Assembly: GCF_002087085.1 (NCBI RefSeq)
Contig: NZ_MWQY01000020.1
Coordinates: 1-64,000, forward strand
DNA length: 64,000 nucleotides
Direction: 5' to 3'
In this document: one piece after another, positions 38,938-48,522 of the stretch
How positions within the stretch are numbered: position 1 is the stretch's first letter
Layout of the letters: the number at the start of each line of letters is the position of its first letter
Translations under genes and position numbers: made by a program
The notes under the pieces: model-generated
The model's database searches: none
What the model was told of the DNA's origin: nothing
Seen by the model: only the letters and a program-made list of their open reading frames with translations

Positions 38938-39306
38938 CTACTCAACTACAATAAACTTTCCCCACATGCCCCTGGCACGGTGGTTACCAACGCTGCAGTA
39001 GAACTCGAACTCACCGCTCCGGTCAGCAACGAACTCAATAGTTTCGCTTCTGCCTCCAGGAATCTGTTTGGTCGCGGCATCGAACTCATCGAGAACCCAG
39101 TCGTGGAAACCTCCCCCGTTGGTATAGGTCAGCCGGATGGTATCACCCTTTTTGACCCTGATCTCTTTCGGCATATAGTCAAAGCCTTCGTTGGTGACGC
39201 TGATCTCCTTTACACCGGGGCCCTGACCGGAGAGATCAACAACTTCCTGGGCCGCGAGGGGTAAGAACGCTGCACTCAACAGCGCGATAAATAAAATCTT
39301 TTTCAT
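38938..39306 (-). CDS. Secreted cupredoxin (type-1 copper) domain protein
   Basis: GAGG RBS and signal peptide MKKILFIALLSAAFLPLAA; ligands H (FHDW) and C-x4-H-x4-M (YCSVGNHRARGM). Confidence 0.88.
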   Translation of the reverse strand: MKKILFIALLSAAFLPLAAQEVVDLSGQGPGVKEISVTNEGFDYMPKEIRVKKGDTIRLTYTNGGGFHDWVLDEFDAATKQIPGGRSETIEFVADRSGEFEFYCSVGNHRARGMWGKFIVVE

Positions 39307-39344
39307 GTCTATAACCTCACTATTCTGATCATTATTGTCAAGTA

Positions 39345-39830
39345 TTATTTGTTCGGCACCAGGATAAGCATGCCTCCGCTGCCTGCAGCGGCGGCTATCA
39401 GGTACTGATAATAGAGCAACCCGGGAATGAAAAGCGGCAGCAGCCCCGCTGCAATCTGCACAACACCGCCGATAATAAAAAGCCGAGGAGTCCACCAGCG
39501 GGCATTCACCAGAAAAGCGACTCCCATCAGCAGCAGCCAGAATACCCCCAGGTAGGATATCAGCCACATGATTCGGGGTACCATGAATACAAGAAAAGAG
39601 ACGACCATACCGAAACCCACCGCGACTATCCAGAGGACCATGATCTTCCGCAGTTTTACCGACTTCATGGGCATATAGAGGACCATGGGGATAAATCCGA
39701 TTATCGTAAGAACCAGCCACACCCAGTTTACCCGCGGATCAGGCCAGTAATGTGTAGCAAGCCAGCCGACAAGCTCCACAATAGCCCAGGTTACGAAAAC
39801 GATACGTGGTTTATTCCAGACACCTTTCAT
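39345..39830 (-). CDS. Hypothetical integral membrane protein (~6 TM)
   Basis: Almost entirely hydrophobic segments; co-oriented with the cupredoxin gene, 38 bp upstream of it. Confidence 0.7.
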   Translation of the reverse strand: MKGVWNKPRIVFVTWAIVELVGWLATHYWPDPRVNWVWLVLTIIGFIPMVLYMPMKSVKLRKIMVLWIVAVGFGMVVSFLVFMVPRIMWLISYLGVFWLLLMGVAFLVNARWWTPRLFIIGGVVQIAAGLLPLFIPGLLYYQYLIAAAAGSGGMLILVPNK

Positions 39831-39926
39831 GGGAATAATATAACTAATTTTGTAATATAAAGAAACTTTCCCTTTTTTTTGTAAATAAACCAAAGCTGTC
39901 ATATAATGATACCGGGGGTAGTTATC

Positions 39927-40457
39927 ATGAAAACTATTGTTTTTCTAATGATCTGCTGCACCCTGTTTATTTCATCATGTGAAACCCTTAGCGACATTGA
40001 ACAGGGTGCATCGAAAATCTCAGGGACCATGTCAAAAGGTGAAGCTGCAGGAGGAAGCGCAACAAGCCTTGGCTCTGTTGACTTCCGCAAGGATGAGGTT
40101 TTGTGTTCCGTCAGCGGCAACGAAGCGCGGGAAAAAGCCCGCTATCTTCCGGCGCTGATCCTTACCGCGCCCACGGCGGCAACCGGCAATCAGGCGGAGG
40201 TAATGTATCCCGACGGTAAAAAGGACTGGACATACATTGTTTTGCCCTCCCGCAAGGCAAATGAGGCTGACCTGAAGATTGGTGAATCCGTACTGTATAT
40301 GTATTACCAGAGCGACGACGAAGACATGACCCAGGAGAAGTACCGCAACAGCAGCTGGAGCTTTGGTACGGTAACCTCCACGGACGAACTCTTTAAAGGG
40401 GTGGTGGAGATCGACGGCCGCCCCATGCTGGTTCAATGGATCAGGATTGCCCAGTAG
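39927..40457 (+). CDS. Hypothetical lipoprotein
   Basis: Signal peptide with lipobox FISSC. Confidence 0.7.
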   Translation: MKTIVFLMICCTLFISSCETLSDIEQGASKISGTMSKGEAAGGSATSLGSVDFRKDEVLCSVSGNEAREKARYLPALILTAPTAATGNQAEVMYPDGKKDWTYIVLPSRKANEADLKIGESVLYMYYQSDDEDMTQEKYRNSSWSFGTVTSTDELFKGVVEIDGRPMLVQWIRIAQ

Positions 40458-40484
40458 CCTCAAGGGATTGCAGTCTCCCGGGGA

Positions 40485-41360
40485 ATGCACTATATTCAGC
40501 CCATGATCCCCTTAGGTGTCCCAGTCAACGCTGTTATTAAGTCCATAGGTTCCGGCCGCTGTATGCTGCTGGTCGAAGGGCGGGAGGTCCCGATGAATAT
40601 CTGGGAACTCCCCCCTAAAAGCAAACCCGGCGGAGAACTGGAAGTTACCGTTTACAACGATGCAAAAGAGAGCCTCAAGGCAACTGTACTCAAACCCTTC
40701 GCCGGTCTGGATGAGTTCGCAGCTCTGAAGGTCAAGACTGTCAACGACTGGGGTGCCTTTCTTGAGTGGGGGCTGCCCAAGGACCTGTTCCTTCCCAAAA
40801 GGGAACAGACCCGCCCGGTACACCCTGGGGAGAAAATCGTTGTGCGGGTCATTCTGGACCACGAAAAAAAGGGCCTCATTGCAACGAGCAAGCTTGACTC
40901 CTGTTTCAACTACCGCCCGGCAGAAATTAATCCGGGAGACCAGGTTGACCTGCTCATTTTTGAGGAGATCAAGATCGGCTTCGGGGTCGTTGTCTCCGGA
41001 CGGTATCGGGGAATGATCTATAAAAACGAAATATTCCAGGATATTGAAACAGGTCAGCACCTGAAGGGAACAGTAAAGAAGATCAGAGAAGACGGAAGAA
41101 TCGACTGCAGCCTGAACCCGGTGGGCTTCAATGCCGCCATGGAAGCTGCCAAGGAGACCATCCTCACTGCCCTGGAAGAACAGCGGGGGTTTCTTCCCCT
41201 TCACGACAAGAGCTCCCCGGAAGATATAGCCTCCGCCCTGAACATGAGCAAGAAGAACTTCAAGAAGGCATCGGGGATTCTCTTCAGGGAAGGAAAAATC
41301 AGTATCGAGGATCAGGGTATCAGGCGGAAAAAGCTATTCCCAAGGGAAAGACGAGGGTAA
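40485..41360 (+). CDS. CvfB-family S1 RNA-binding protein
   Basis: GAFLEWGLPKDLFLP..EQ, G.IYKNE, IREDGRID, DKSSPEDI and MSKKNFKKA.G.L. Start may be 40503. Confidence 0.9.
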   Translation: MHYIQPMIPLGVPVNAVIKSIGSGRCMLLVEGREVPMNIWELPPKSKPGGELEVTVYNDAKESLKATVLKPFAGLDEFAALKVKTVNDWGAFLEWGLPKDLFLPKREQTRPVHPGEKIVVRVILDHEKKGLIATSKLDSCFNYRPAEINPGDQVDLLIFEEIKIGFGVVVSGRYRGMIYKNEIFQDIETGQHLKGTVKKIREDGRIDCSLNPVGFNAAMEAAKETILTALEEQRGFLPLHDKSSPEDIASALNMSKKNFKKASGILFREGKISIEDQGIRRKKLFPRERRG

Positions 41361-42195
41361 AGCGGGTCCCCTGCGGACCGGTCTGGATGCTGATTTCGCC
41401 CTTCAGCTGTTGGGCGAGGATTTCTATGAGCTGCAGGCCGAAGGATTGACGCTCCTTTTGCGGATCGAAACCCACACCGTCATCCCGGATTTCCAGCAGC
41501 TTTTTATCGCCCTCCCTCAGAAAGCTTACCCAGATATTTCCCGTTCCGCTGTCCGGAAAGGCATACTTGAAACAATTGGTCAGTATTTCATTAATGATTA
41601 TGCCGCAGGGAATAACTTCGTCATGTTCCAGAGGGATGGGGTCAATCTCGGAATGTATGGTAATGCCGCTGAAGAAACTGACGCCGTGAATATTGCTTAT
41701 CAGCTCATTCAGGTAATCCTCGATTGAGAATTTCCCGGGATCCCCGGCTTTATACATCTGTTCGTGAATCAGGGCCATGGAGTAAATCCGCTCGTTCAGC
41801 TCTTCCATCAATTCAGAGGGGTCGGTATGGTCCTTCTGCAGATTAAGCTGGATCATGCTTTGAATCATCTGCATGTTGTTCTTTACCCGATGGTGAACCT
41901 CCCGGACAAGAAGTTCCTTCTCTGCCAGTCGTGCCCTGGCTTCCCGTTCCCGTTCTCCCAGACTCACGACAAGCCGCTCCTTGTAGACGGCATAGGCCCG
42001 AACCAGGGCGTAGACAAGAACGGTGGTAAGCACCACATAAAGCCAACCCTTCAGGGTTTGAAACCTCATGTAGAGTCTGATATCCGGGAACAGTATGCTC
42101 AGAAGAGAATCCGAAAGAAGAATCCAGAGAAAACCGAACAGGAAGTAGATACCCGCGATCAGAACCGGGGCTCTGAAGAATCGTTTACCCGACAC
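41320..42195 (-). CDS. Membrane sensor histidine kinase (HisKA_2/HWE type)
   Basis: WILLSD..QTLKGWLYV TM pair; REVHHRVKNNMQ; NEILTN..KYA; DDGVG. Confidence 0.9.
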   Translation of the reverse strand: MSGKRFFRAPVLIAGIYFLFGFLWILLSDSLLSILFPDIRLYMRFQTLKGWLYVVLTTVLVYALVRAYAVYKERLVVSLGEREREARARLAEKELLVREVHHRVKNNMQMIQSMIQLNLQKDHTDPSELMEELNERIYSMALIHEQMYKAGDPGKFSIEDYLNELISNIHGVSFFSGITIHSEIDPIPLEHDEVIPCGIIINEILTNCFKYAFPDSGTGNIWVSFLREGDKKLLEIRDDGVGFDPQKERQSFGLQLIEILAQQLKGEISIQTGPQGTRFTLVFPLGIAFSA

Positions 42196-42353
42196 TATTT
42201 TACCTCATTAAAAGACCCGCTCCCGAGATGATATGATCGGCTGCTCTTTCCGGAGGTCCCGATACCGTCGATGGCTATAACGAAGGGCCGCCTGGTCCTG
42301 GGGCCGACAGGAGAAGGCAGCAGGTTTCGCGGTATGCCGGCAAAGTCATCCAT
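42195..42353 (-). pseudogene. 52-codon ORF resembling the N-terminus of a uridine-kinase-like P-loop kinase (remnant)
   Basis: Not in the ORF track. Reads MDDFAGIPRNLLPSPVGPRTRRPFVIAIDGIGTSGKSSRSYHLGSGSFNEVK*; the TAG overlaps the kinase GTG start. Confidence 0.5.
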
Positions 42354-42449
42354 GGAACCTGTATACTCCGGTAAAAAGCGTCTTGTAAAGCCTTATGAAT
42401 TGTATATACTACAGCCAGGGAATGCAAATTCTCCCTTCCAGGAGCAGAT

Positions 42450-44102
42450 ATGGAACGCAGGTGGTGGAAAGAGGCTGTTGTCTACCAGATATATCCCAGA
42501 AGCTTTAAAGATACCAATGGCGACGGGATCGGAGATCTTCAGGGAATAATCGAAAAGCTGGATTACCTTTCCTATCTGGGAGTGGATACCATCTGGCTGA
42601 ATCCGGTTTACCGGTCTCCCAATGACGACAACGGATACGACATCAGCGACTACCGGAACATAATGGATGAGTTCGGCAGCATGGAGGATTTCGACGAGCT
42701 GCTTTCGGCGGTCCATCAGCGGGGCATGCGGCTCATAATGGACCTGGTGGTGAACCATACCTCCGACGAACATTCCTGGTTCATCCGGAGCCGGGAGTCC
42801 CTGGATAATCCCTACCGGGATTACTATTTCTGGCGACCCGGGAATGCCGGGGCCCCGCCTAATAACTGGCGCTCCTTTTTTGAAGGTCCCGCGTGGGAGT
42901 ATGATGAGAAGACCGCCCAGTGGTATCTGCACCTCTTTACCCGCAAACAGCCTGATCTTAACTGGGACAACCCGAAAGTCCGCGACGAGGTGCGGGGAAT
43001 AATCCGATTCTGGCTTGAAAAGGGAGTGGACGGCTTTCGCATGGACGTCATTAACCTGATCTCGAAACATCCGGGACTTCTCGACGGAAAGGACAGCTCA
43101 AATCTTTCGGGACATGAATACTTTGCCAACGGCCCGAAAATCCATGAATACCTCCGTTTTGTACAGGAGAGCCTGGGAGACCGGGACGTAATGACCGTGG
43201 GCGAAACCGTCATCGCCGATCTGGACACTGTGGCAGAATATGTTGACAGAGAAACGGGCAGCCTGGATATGGCCATCAATTTCGAGCATGTTACCCTGGA
43301 TCGGGGCGTGGATTCCTTTGACCCCCTGCCCCTGGACCTGAAGGCTCTGAAGGACTGCTTCTCCCGCTGGCAGAAGAAACTCGACGGCCGGGGCTGGAAC
43401 TGCCTTTACATGAGCAACCACGATCAGCCCCGGCAGGTCTCCCGCTTCGGTGACGACAGGGATTATCACCGGGAATCCGCCACCATGCTGGCTACGCTGC
43501 TTCATACGATGCAGGGGACACCGTTTATCATGCAGGGAGAAGAGATCGGCATGACAAACGTCGACTTCCCCTCCATCGAGGACTACCGGGATGTGGCAAC
43601 CCTCAACTACTACCGCGAACGACTGGCCGCAGGGGACAACCCGGAATCCATCCTGAAAAGAATCCGTCAGTGCAGCCGGGACAACGCCAGGACGCCGATG
43701 CAGTGGAACAACCAGGACAATGCCGGTTTCAGCGAGGCCGGGCCCTGGATCAGCATAAACCCGAATTTTCACTCCATCAATGTTAAACGGGAGGTCGAAG
43801 ACCCCGACTCGATACTGAATTATTATCGCAGGCTGATCTCCCTGAGACGGGAATACCCGGTTTTTGTTTACGGCAGTTTTTCGGAAATTCAGCCGGAGCA
43901 CCCCCTGGTATTTGCCTACAAGAGAGAGTTCGAAGGATCAAGGCTGCTTGTCGTCCTGAACCTGAGCGGCAAAGAGTGCAGTTTTGAACTCCCCGAGGAA
44001 AGATCAGGAAGGCTGCTTATAGGCAATTACGACGGCAGACAGCATATTACCGGAACCCTCGCACTGCGCCCCTACGAGGCTATGGTCCTTATATCCGAAT
44101 AA
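42450..44102 (+). CDS. GH13 alpha-glucosidase / oligo-1,6-glucosidase
   Basis: WWKEAVVYQIYPRSF, DLVVNHTS, QPDLNW, DGFRMDV, TVGE, NHD and SRDNARTPMQW. Confidence 0.95.
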   Translation: MERRWWKEAVVYQIYPRSFKDTNGDGIGDLQGIIEKLDYLSYLGVDTIWLNPVYRSPNDDNGYDISDYRNIMDEFGSMEDFDELLSAVHQRGMRLIMDLVVNHTSDEHSWFIRSRESLDNPYRDYYFWRPGNAGAPPNNWRSFFEGPAWEYDEKTAQWYLHLFTRKQPDLNWDNPKVRDEVRGIIRFWLEKGVDGFRMDVINLISKHPGLLDGKDSSNLSGHEYFANGPKIHEYLRFVQESLGDRDVMTVGETVIADLDTVAEYVDRETGSLDMAINFEHVTLDRGVDSFDPLPLDLKALKDCFSRWQKKLDGRGWNCLYMSNHDQPRQVSRFGDDRDYHRESATMLATLLHTMQGTPFIMQGEEIGMTNVDFPSIEDYRDVATLNYYRERLAAGDNPESILKRIRQCSRDNARTPMQWNNQDNAGFSEAGPWISINPNFHSINVKREVEDPDSILNYYRRLISLRREYPVFVYGSFSEIQPEHPLVFAYKREFEGSRLLVVLNLSGKECSFELPEERSGRLLIGNYDGRQHITGTLALRPYEAMVLISE

Positions 44103-44120
44103 GCGCCCCGGAGGTCGGGA

Positions 44121-44453
44121 CTATTCCCAGGTGGCAATATCCAGGGGATTGAAATCCTCCAGAGCTTTGGACTCTTTCCGGGAAAATACCCTGCAGGAGG
44201 GGGGCGACAAAGAGATCAGGTGATAATACCTGCGGCTGTCTTCACCGTAGATCCAGTAGTCACCGGGTCCGGGATTCAGCTGCAGCGGCCGGAAGGTAAA
44301 AACCGATGACTCTTCGGGAATAAAATAGGACTCTTCCGTAAGCAGGAACCAGAGGTTCGTTCCAAGGGGGGCAAAGAGAATCAGGCCCAGGAAAAGAAAG
44401 ACCAGAATCCCCAGGGTCCTGAGGGCTGTACGCAGAAGTCTCTTCATTATCAT
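44121..44453 (-). CDS. Hypothetical membrane-anchored protein
   Basis: One N-terminal hydrophobic helix; fills the gap between genes. Confidence 0.6.
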   Translation of the reverse strand: MIMKRLLRTALRTLGILVFLFLGLILFAPLGTNLWFLLTEESYFIPEESSVFTFRPLQLNPGPGDYWIYGEDSRRYYHLISLSPPSCRVFSRKESKALEDFNPLDIATWE

Positions 44454-44503
44454 GGCAGGCATCTTAGCCGGAAAACTTCAAATATGCTACAATCCTGTAT
44501 CAG

Positions 44504-45262
44504 ATGAGGCGGAAAAGACGGGTCTCCCCGAAAAGCTATTCCCTTGCCCGGCTGTTGTCAAAACAACCTAAAAGCCTGGCCAGACACCCCCTGTATCCCC
44601 GGATGTTTCAGTTCTACAGGCTTTCGACAAGTCTTAAGTCCCTGCGATTCAGCCGCCGCTGCTACTCCCTTCTGGATCGGGCGGTTATTGCCCCTGAACA
44701 CCTCGGAAACTTCTATAAGACCTATCGTCTGCCGAAGGATCCTTTTTTTCCCCTGTTTTTTGCCATCAAGCGGGACTACCTGAACCACCGGAAGGATCTT
44801 AAACGACGTCGTGAGAGCTATATTCTGGCCCGGGTGCGGGAGCTTGACCCGCAGATACTAAGGTTTATCCGCTACCTGGGAAAATTGGAGCAGAAACTCA
44901 ACGCCGCCGGCAAAACCCCGGTATGGGAAAAAACCGTCTACCCGGGGAGCAAGAAACGGGCAGACGAGTATCTGCGCTGCAGCCTCGATCAGTGGATCCA
45001 AATATTCAGGTCCTTTGGCGATGGACTGCAGAAACGCTACCCCCGTAAAGCGGGAATTGCAGACTGGGAGCGGGTCTTTGCCGCCTTTATTCTCGAGTGT
45101 CCCCCCGGAGAAGATTCTGCTCATTACCCCGATGAGGCGCTGGTACGACGCCAGTACCGGAAGCTGTCCAAGCTTTACCATCCCGATTCGGGGGGTAATC
45201 CGGAACATTTCCGTCTCATCAAACAGGCCCGGGATATCCTGACCGAGGGCTTCAGAGAGTAA
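44504..45262 (+). CDS. Protein with a C-terminal J-domain (DnaJ-like)
   Basis: YRKLSKLYHPDSGG..F..IKQARDIL at the C-terminus. Confidence 0.8.
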   Translation: MRRKRRVSPKSYSLARLLSKQPKSLARHPLYPRMFQFYRLSTSLKSLRFSRRCYSLLDRAVIAPEHLGNFYKTYRLPKDPFFPLFFAIKRDYLNHRKDLKRRRESYILARVRELDPQILRFIRYLGKLEQKLNAAGKTPVWEKTVYPGSKKRADEYLRCSLDQWIQIFRSFGDGLQKRYPRKAGIADWERVFAAFILECPPGEDSAHYPDEALVRRQYRKLSKLYHPDSGGNPEHFRLIKQARDILTEGFRE

Positions 45263-45935
45263 AGAGCATCAGCGGGGACGGGCAGAAAGCTCTAATTACC
45301 GGAAGGTCCTTGGCTGAACAGTAGCCCCGGGAAAGAAAACCCTCATCCAGGCCTTTTTCCGTAAGTACCTGCAGATGGGTATGATGAAACCAGTTGCCGT
45401 TTTCATCGAAGTCCCCCACCACAGCAAAGCGCTCTCCTGCCCTGAACTCCCTGTTCCGGGGAGGCAGGGATGCGAGGGACAGATGTCCGTAGAGACTGTA
45501 GAAGGTCCGAAAATGGACAGAGGAGTGCCGGAGCAGTACGAAGGCGCCGTAGTTGCCCTCCCCTTCCTCGTAGCCCTGGAACTCAACCACTGAATCCAGA
45601 GGGGCATGCAGGCCCGTTCCGGCGGGAACGATTATGTCCAGTCCAAGATGAAAGAAGCGCTCCTCCCGCTGCATCTGAGGACAGGAGGAGAGGAGCTTTC
45701 TCCGGTCCTCCATATAGGATGCGAATCCCCAGGTACAGCGTCCCGACATCTGCTCATCGATGATGTGCTGGTACCGCCGCTGGTCCCTGGGATCGATTCC
45801 GTCGAAGAGGCTGCTTTCGGGAGAAAGATCAAGAATATAGGGGTCTCCCCGGAGGTCAGGAACAAGAGGGGCCCGTCTGGTATTTTCACCATAGAAGATA
45901 TAGGGGTATCTCAGCTCACCCGATAAGCCTGTCAT
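45252..45935 (-). CDS. Cytoplasmic M23-family metallopeptidase-like protein
   Basis: HxxxD (HLGLD), YG, YSLYGHL and HxH (HTHLQ); no signal peptide. Confidence 0.85.
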   Translation of the reverse strand: MTGLSGELRYPYIFYGENTRRAPLVPDLRGDPYILDLSPESSLFDGIDPRDQRRYQHIIDEQMSGRCTWGFASYMEDRRKLLSSCPQMQREERFFHLGLDIIVPAGTGLHAPLDSVVEFQGYEEGEGNYGAFVLLRHSSVHFRTFYSLYGHLSLASLPPRNREFRAGERFAVVGDFDENGNWFHHTHLQVLTEKGLDEGFLSRGYCSAKDLPVIRAFCPSPLMLFTL

Positions 45936-48388
45936 ATGGGGAACTCCGTGGAACTGACAAGGCCGGAAACGGGAATTACTGGTTTTCCGTCCTTTCCGAT
46001 TTCAACATTTTCCGGGAGCTGATAATCCGGATACATTTCCCTGAAATAGGGCAGGCTGTAGCTGTCGAGCTTTACCCGGATTCCGTCTTCACCGTGAATA
46101 AACGACGAGGTAAGGCCGTAGTAAACCTCTCCCAGGGGAGTCTGCAGGATGTAGCGGGGACCTTCGCGACCGCTTCCCTCCCGGCGGATTTTGGAAGCGA
46201 TATCGATGACATCATACATGTCCACGGGATGCTCCCGGTTCCACTCCCGTTGAACGGGATGACCGGCCACATAAAGGTGATGAAACTCGATTCCCGCTTT
46301 ACGGTAGGCAAAGGTGAGCTGACAGATCTCATCGGGAAAGTCGTTTATACCCCCCAGAAGCGGGGTATTGGCATACACGGTGATTCCCCGGTTTGTCAGA
46401 CGGCGGGTGAGCCGACGATGTTCCCCGGTAAGCTGAGAGGCGTTCAGGAACCATGTTTCAATTTCCAGGCGAAGGGGGCCGGAAACACTCAGATGGTTCA
46501 TGTCCGCCAGGGCAGTAACGAGGGGGCGGGAGAATACTTCCGGAGCGCAGGTGAATTCACTGCTCCGAATCCGCATTGCGTTTATATGACCGATTTTTCC
46601 AAGTTCCCCTGCTATTCTCTTCAGTCGGTACAGGGACTCGCCGACACCCGATTCCGGACGGACAATCACATCGCTTATGACGGGGTTTTCACGGAGATAC
46701 TCGAACACCTCTTCTCCGGCACGGCAGTCCATCTCCACTCTGGTTTCGTGGACCCGGTCCAGCCCGGGGATACCGGTTGGAACGATGGACTCACATCTGA
46801 GAAGGGGCCGGAGAGAAAGCCCTTTGAGGGTTTCCGGGACATCCATGGGAACAGGAACATGCTGGATCCTTAAAGGGCGAGACCCCAGAAAGTAGGCGTC
46901 CTTGCCCATCTTTGCCATATACTGAATATCCAGGGTGCCCTCCGGATTTACCCGGATATTCGGCAGCTCCGTCGCCAGGGGGGCGAAGGACTTGAAGTAA
47001 TCCGGAGTATAGGGGGTCCTGATCCAGATAAAGTTTTCCTCCCCCTCCACGGGCTCCACCGCCCATCCGCTGGTGTACCACTCCATCTTGCCGATGGGGG
47101 TAGCGGTACAGATTTTCGGTACGCTTCTGTCGGAGAGGTGCGCCCTCAGGTACTCGGCAATATCGATACCATCGGAAAGGGGCGACCAGTAGACGCTGTT
47201 TCCGTGGATGGGACTGCAGGGAATGTAGATATAATGCATCTCGGCGCCGGCACCCCGCAGAAGCTTGAAGAGCCTTGCCAGTTCCGGTCCCCGGTCGTTG
47301 CAGTCCTTCAGGAAAGGAGTCTGGATGTAAACGGCGATACCCGATTTTACAAGTTCCGTTATGATCTCCAGGCTGACCGGAGAGACCTCGTCGGGATGAA
47401 TAAAATGGGTGGCGATTTCCATCCGTTTGCCGTGAAGCTGAAGCTCGTAGTTCTTGTGCTTCAGGAATTTCATCCAGGATTCATCCTTCCGGAGGAACAG
47501 ATCGGGATAATAGGCCACCGAGCGGGTGGCAAGGCGCAGGGTCTGTACATGATCGATGGTCATAAGTCCGTCGATGGTGGCCTCCATGTTTCGACGGCTC
47601 AGAAAAGGGTCTCCCCCGGTAATGACAATCTCCTTTATGTCGGGAGAACTTCGCACATGCTCTATGGCTTTTTCGACATCCTCCACCGTGGGGTTCTCTT
47701 CGTTTCTCGACTCCTTGTGCTTGCGGAAACAGAAGCGGCAGTAGACCGGGCAGCTCATGTTCAGCAGATAAATAACCCTGTTCTGGTACATCTGTTCCAG
47801 AAGTCCCTGGTGAAACTGGCCTATCCAGGTGTTGGCATGACCCACCGGATCAAGCTCCTCCACGAAGGGCATGTACTGATAGGCGACATCCGGTGAGAGC
47901 ATCATCTGACGCACTGTATGATAGGACAAACGCACCGGGTACATCTCCATAACCTTCTGCAGGTCCTCACGCTGACTGTCGGGGACCTCGAGGTTGGTCA
48001 GGTCCACCAGGCTTTCCACATCCTTCACCGAAACATAACCATGCTGAGGGATTACAAGTTCAAGCAGGGAGAGGAGATACAGATAGGGAAGCCTGATACC
48101 CCGGACTGTTGCGTCTGCCGGCCCGGTACCGTCAAGGAGGGGAACCAGGGCAGAAAAGAACCCCGCGGAATCATCCTCGAAACCGCAGGCCCTGAGCAGT
48201 CCGGTGAAGCGCTCCGTCCCGTCTCCTTCGCCCAGGAGGGCTCTGAACTCCGGCCCCACCAGGTCAAAGGTGGCGTAGTTCTCCAGAAACTCCCTGCTCT
48301 TGTCTTCCAGTAGGGAGAGCGGGACGCTCAGTTCCCTGCCCGAGTTCTTCAATACGATTCTGACTGCATCTGTTCCGCTGTTCGTCAT
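45932..48388 (-). CDS. KamA-family radical SAM protein with a duplicated, degenerate second barrel
   Basis: CPVYCRFC, ITGGDP, THFIHPDE, QTPFLKDCND and TPIGK. The C-terminal copy lacks the Cys motif and the Lys. Start moved to MTNSG (48388). Confidence 0.9.
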   Translation of the reverse strand: MTNSGTDAVRIVLKNSGRELSVPLSLLEDKSREFLENYATFDLVGPEFRALLGEGDGTERFTGLLRACGFEDDSAGFFSALVPLLDGTGPADATVRGIRLPYLYLLSLLELVIPQHGYVSVKDVESLVDLTNLEVPDSQREDLQKVMEMYPVRLSYHTVRQMMLSPDVAYQYMPFVEELDPVGHANTWIGQFHQGLLEQMYQNRVIYLLNMSCPVYCRFCFRKHKESRNEENPTVEDVEKAIEHVRSSPDIKEIVITGGDPFLSRRNMEATIDGLMTIDHVQTLRLATRSVAYYPDLFLRKDESWMKFLKHKNYELQLHGKRMEIATHFIHPDEVSPVSLEIITELVKSGIAVYIQTPFLKDCNDRGPELARLFKLLRGAGAEMHYIYIPCSPIHGNSVYWSPLSDGIDIAEYLRAHLSDRSVPKICTATPIGKMEWYTSGWAVEPVEGEENFIWIRTPYTPDYFKSFAPLATELPNIRVNPEGTLDIQYMAKMGKDAYFLGSRPLRIQHVPVPMDVPETLKGLSLRPLLRCESIVPTGIPGLDRVHETRVEMDCRAGEEVFEYLRENPVISDVIVRPESGVGESLYRLKRIAGELGKIGHINAMRIRSSEFTCAPEVFSRPLVTALADMNHLSVSGPLRLEIETWFLNASQLTGEHRRLTRRLTNRGITVYANTPLLGGINDFPDEICQLTFAYRKAGIEFHHLYVAGHPVQREWNREHPVDMYDVIDIASKIRREGSGREGPRYILQTPLGEVYYGLTSSFIHGEDGIRVKLDSYSLPYFREMYPDYQLPENVEIGKDGKPVIPVSGLVSSTEFPI

Positions 48389-48522
48389 TGGCCGTAATCC
48401 TTGTGTTGTTGTCGAAACCCAGTATAGGGGATGTCCGGGCGGATAACAAGGAAAGGGAGCTTCAGGCGAAGGTATTTCTGTTTCCCCCATAAACGGAAAA
48501 CATGTTATTCTGAAGAGGAAAA

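Noticed and set aside
42196..42449. Riboswitch or ncRNA between the histidine kinase and the GH13 gene
   Set aside because: No known riboswitch consensus was seen. The region is better explained by a kinase gene remnant and divergent promoters.
45932..48388. Calling the radical SAM protein kamA/ablA or epmB
   Set aside because: It is double length, apparently lacks the lysine-binding Asp residues, and has no neighbouring ablB, kamD/E, efp or epmA.
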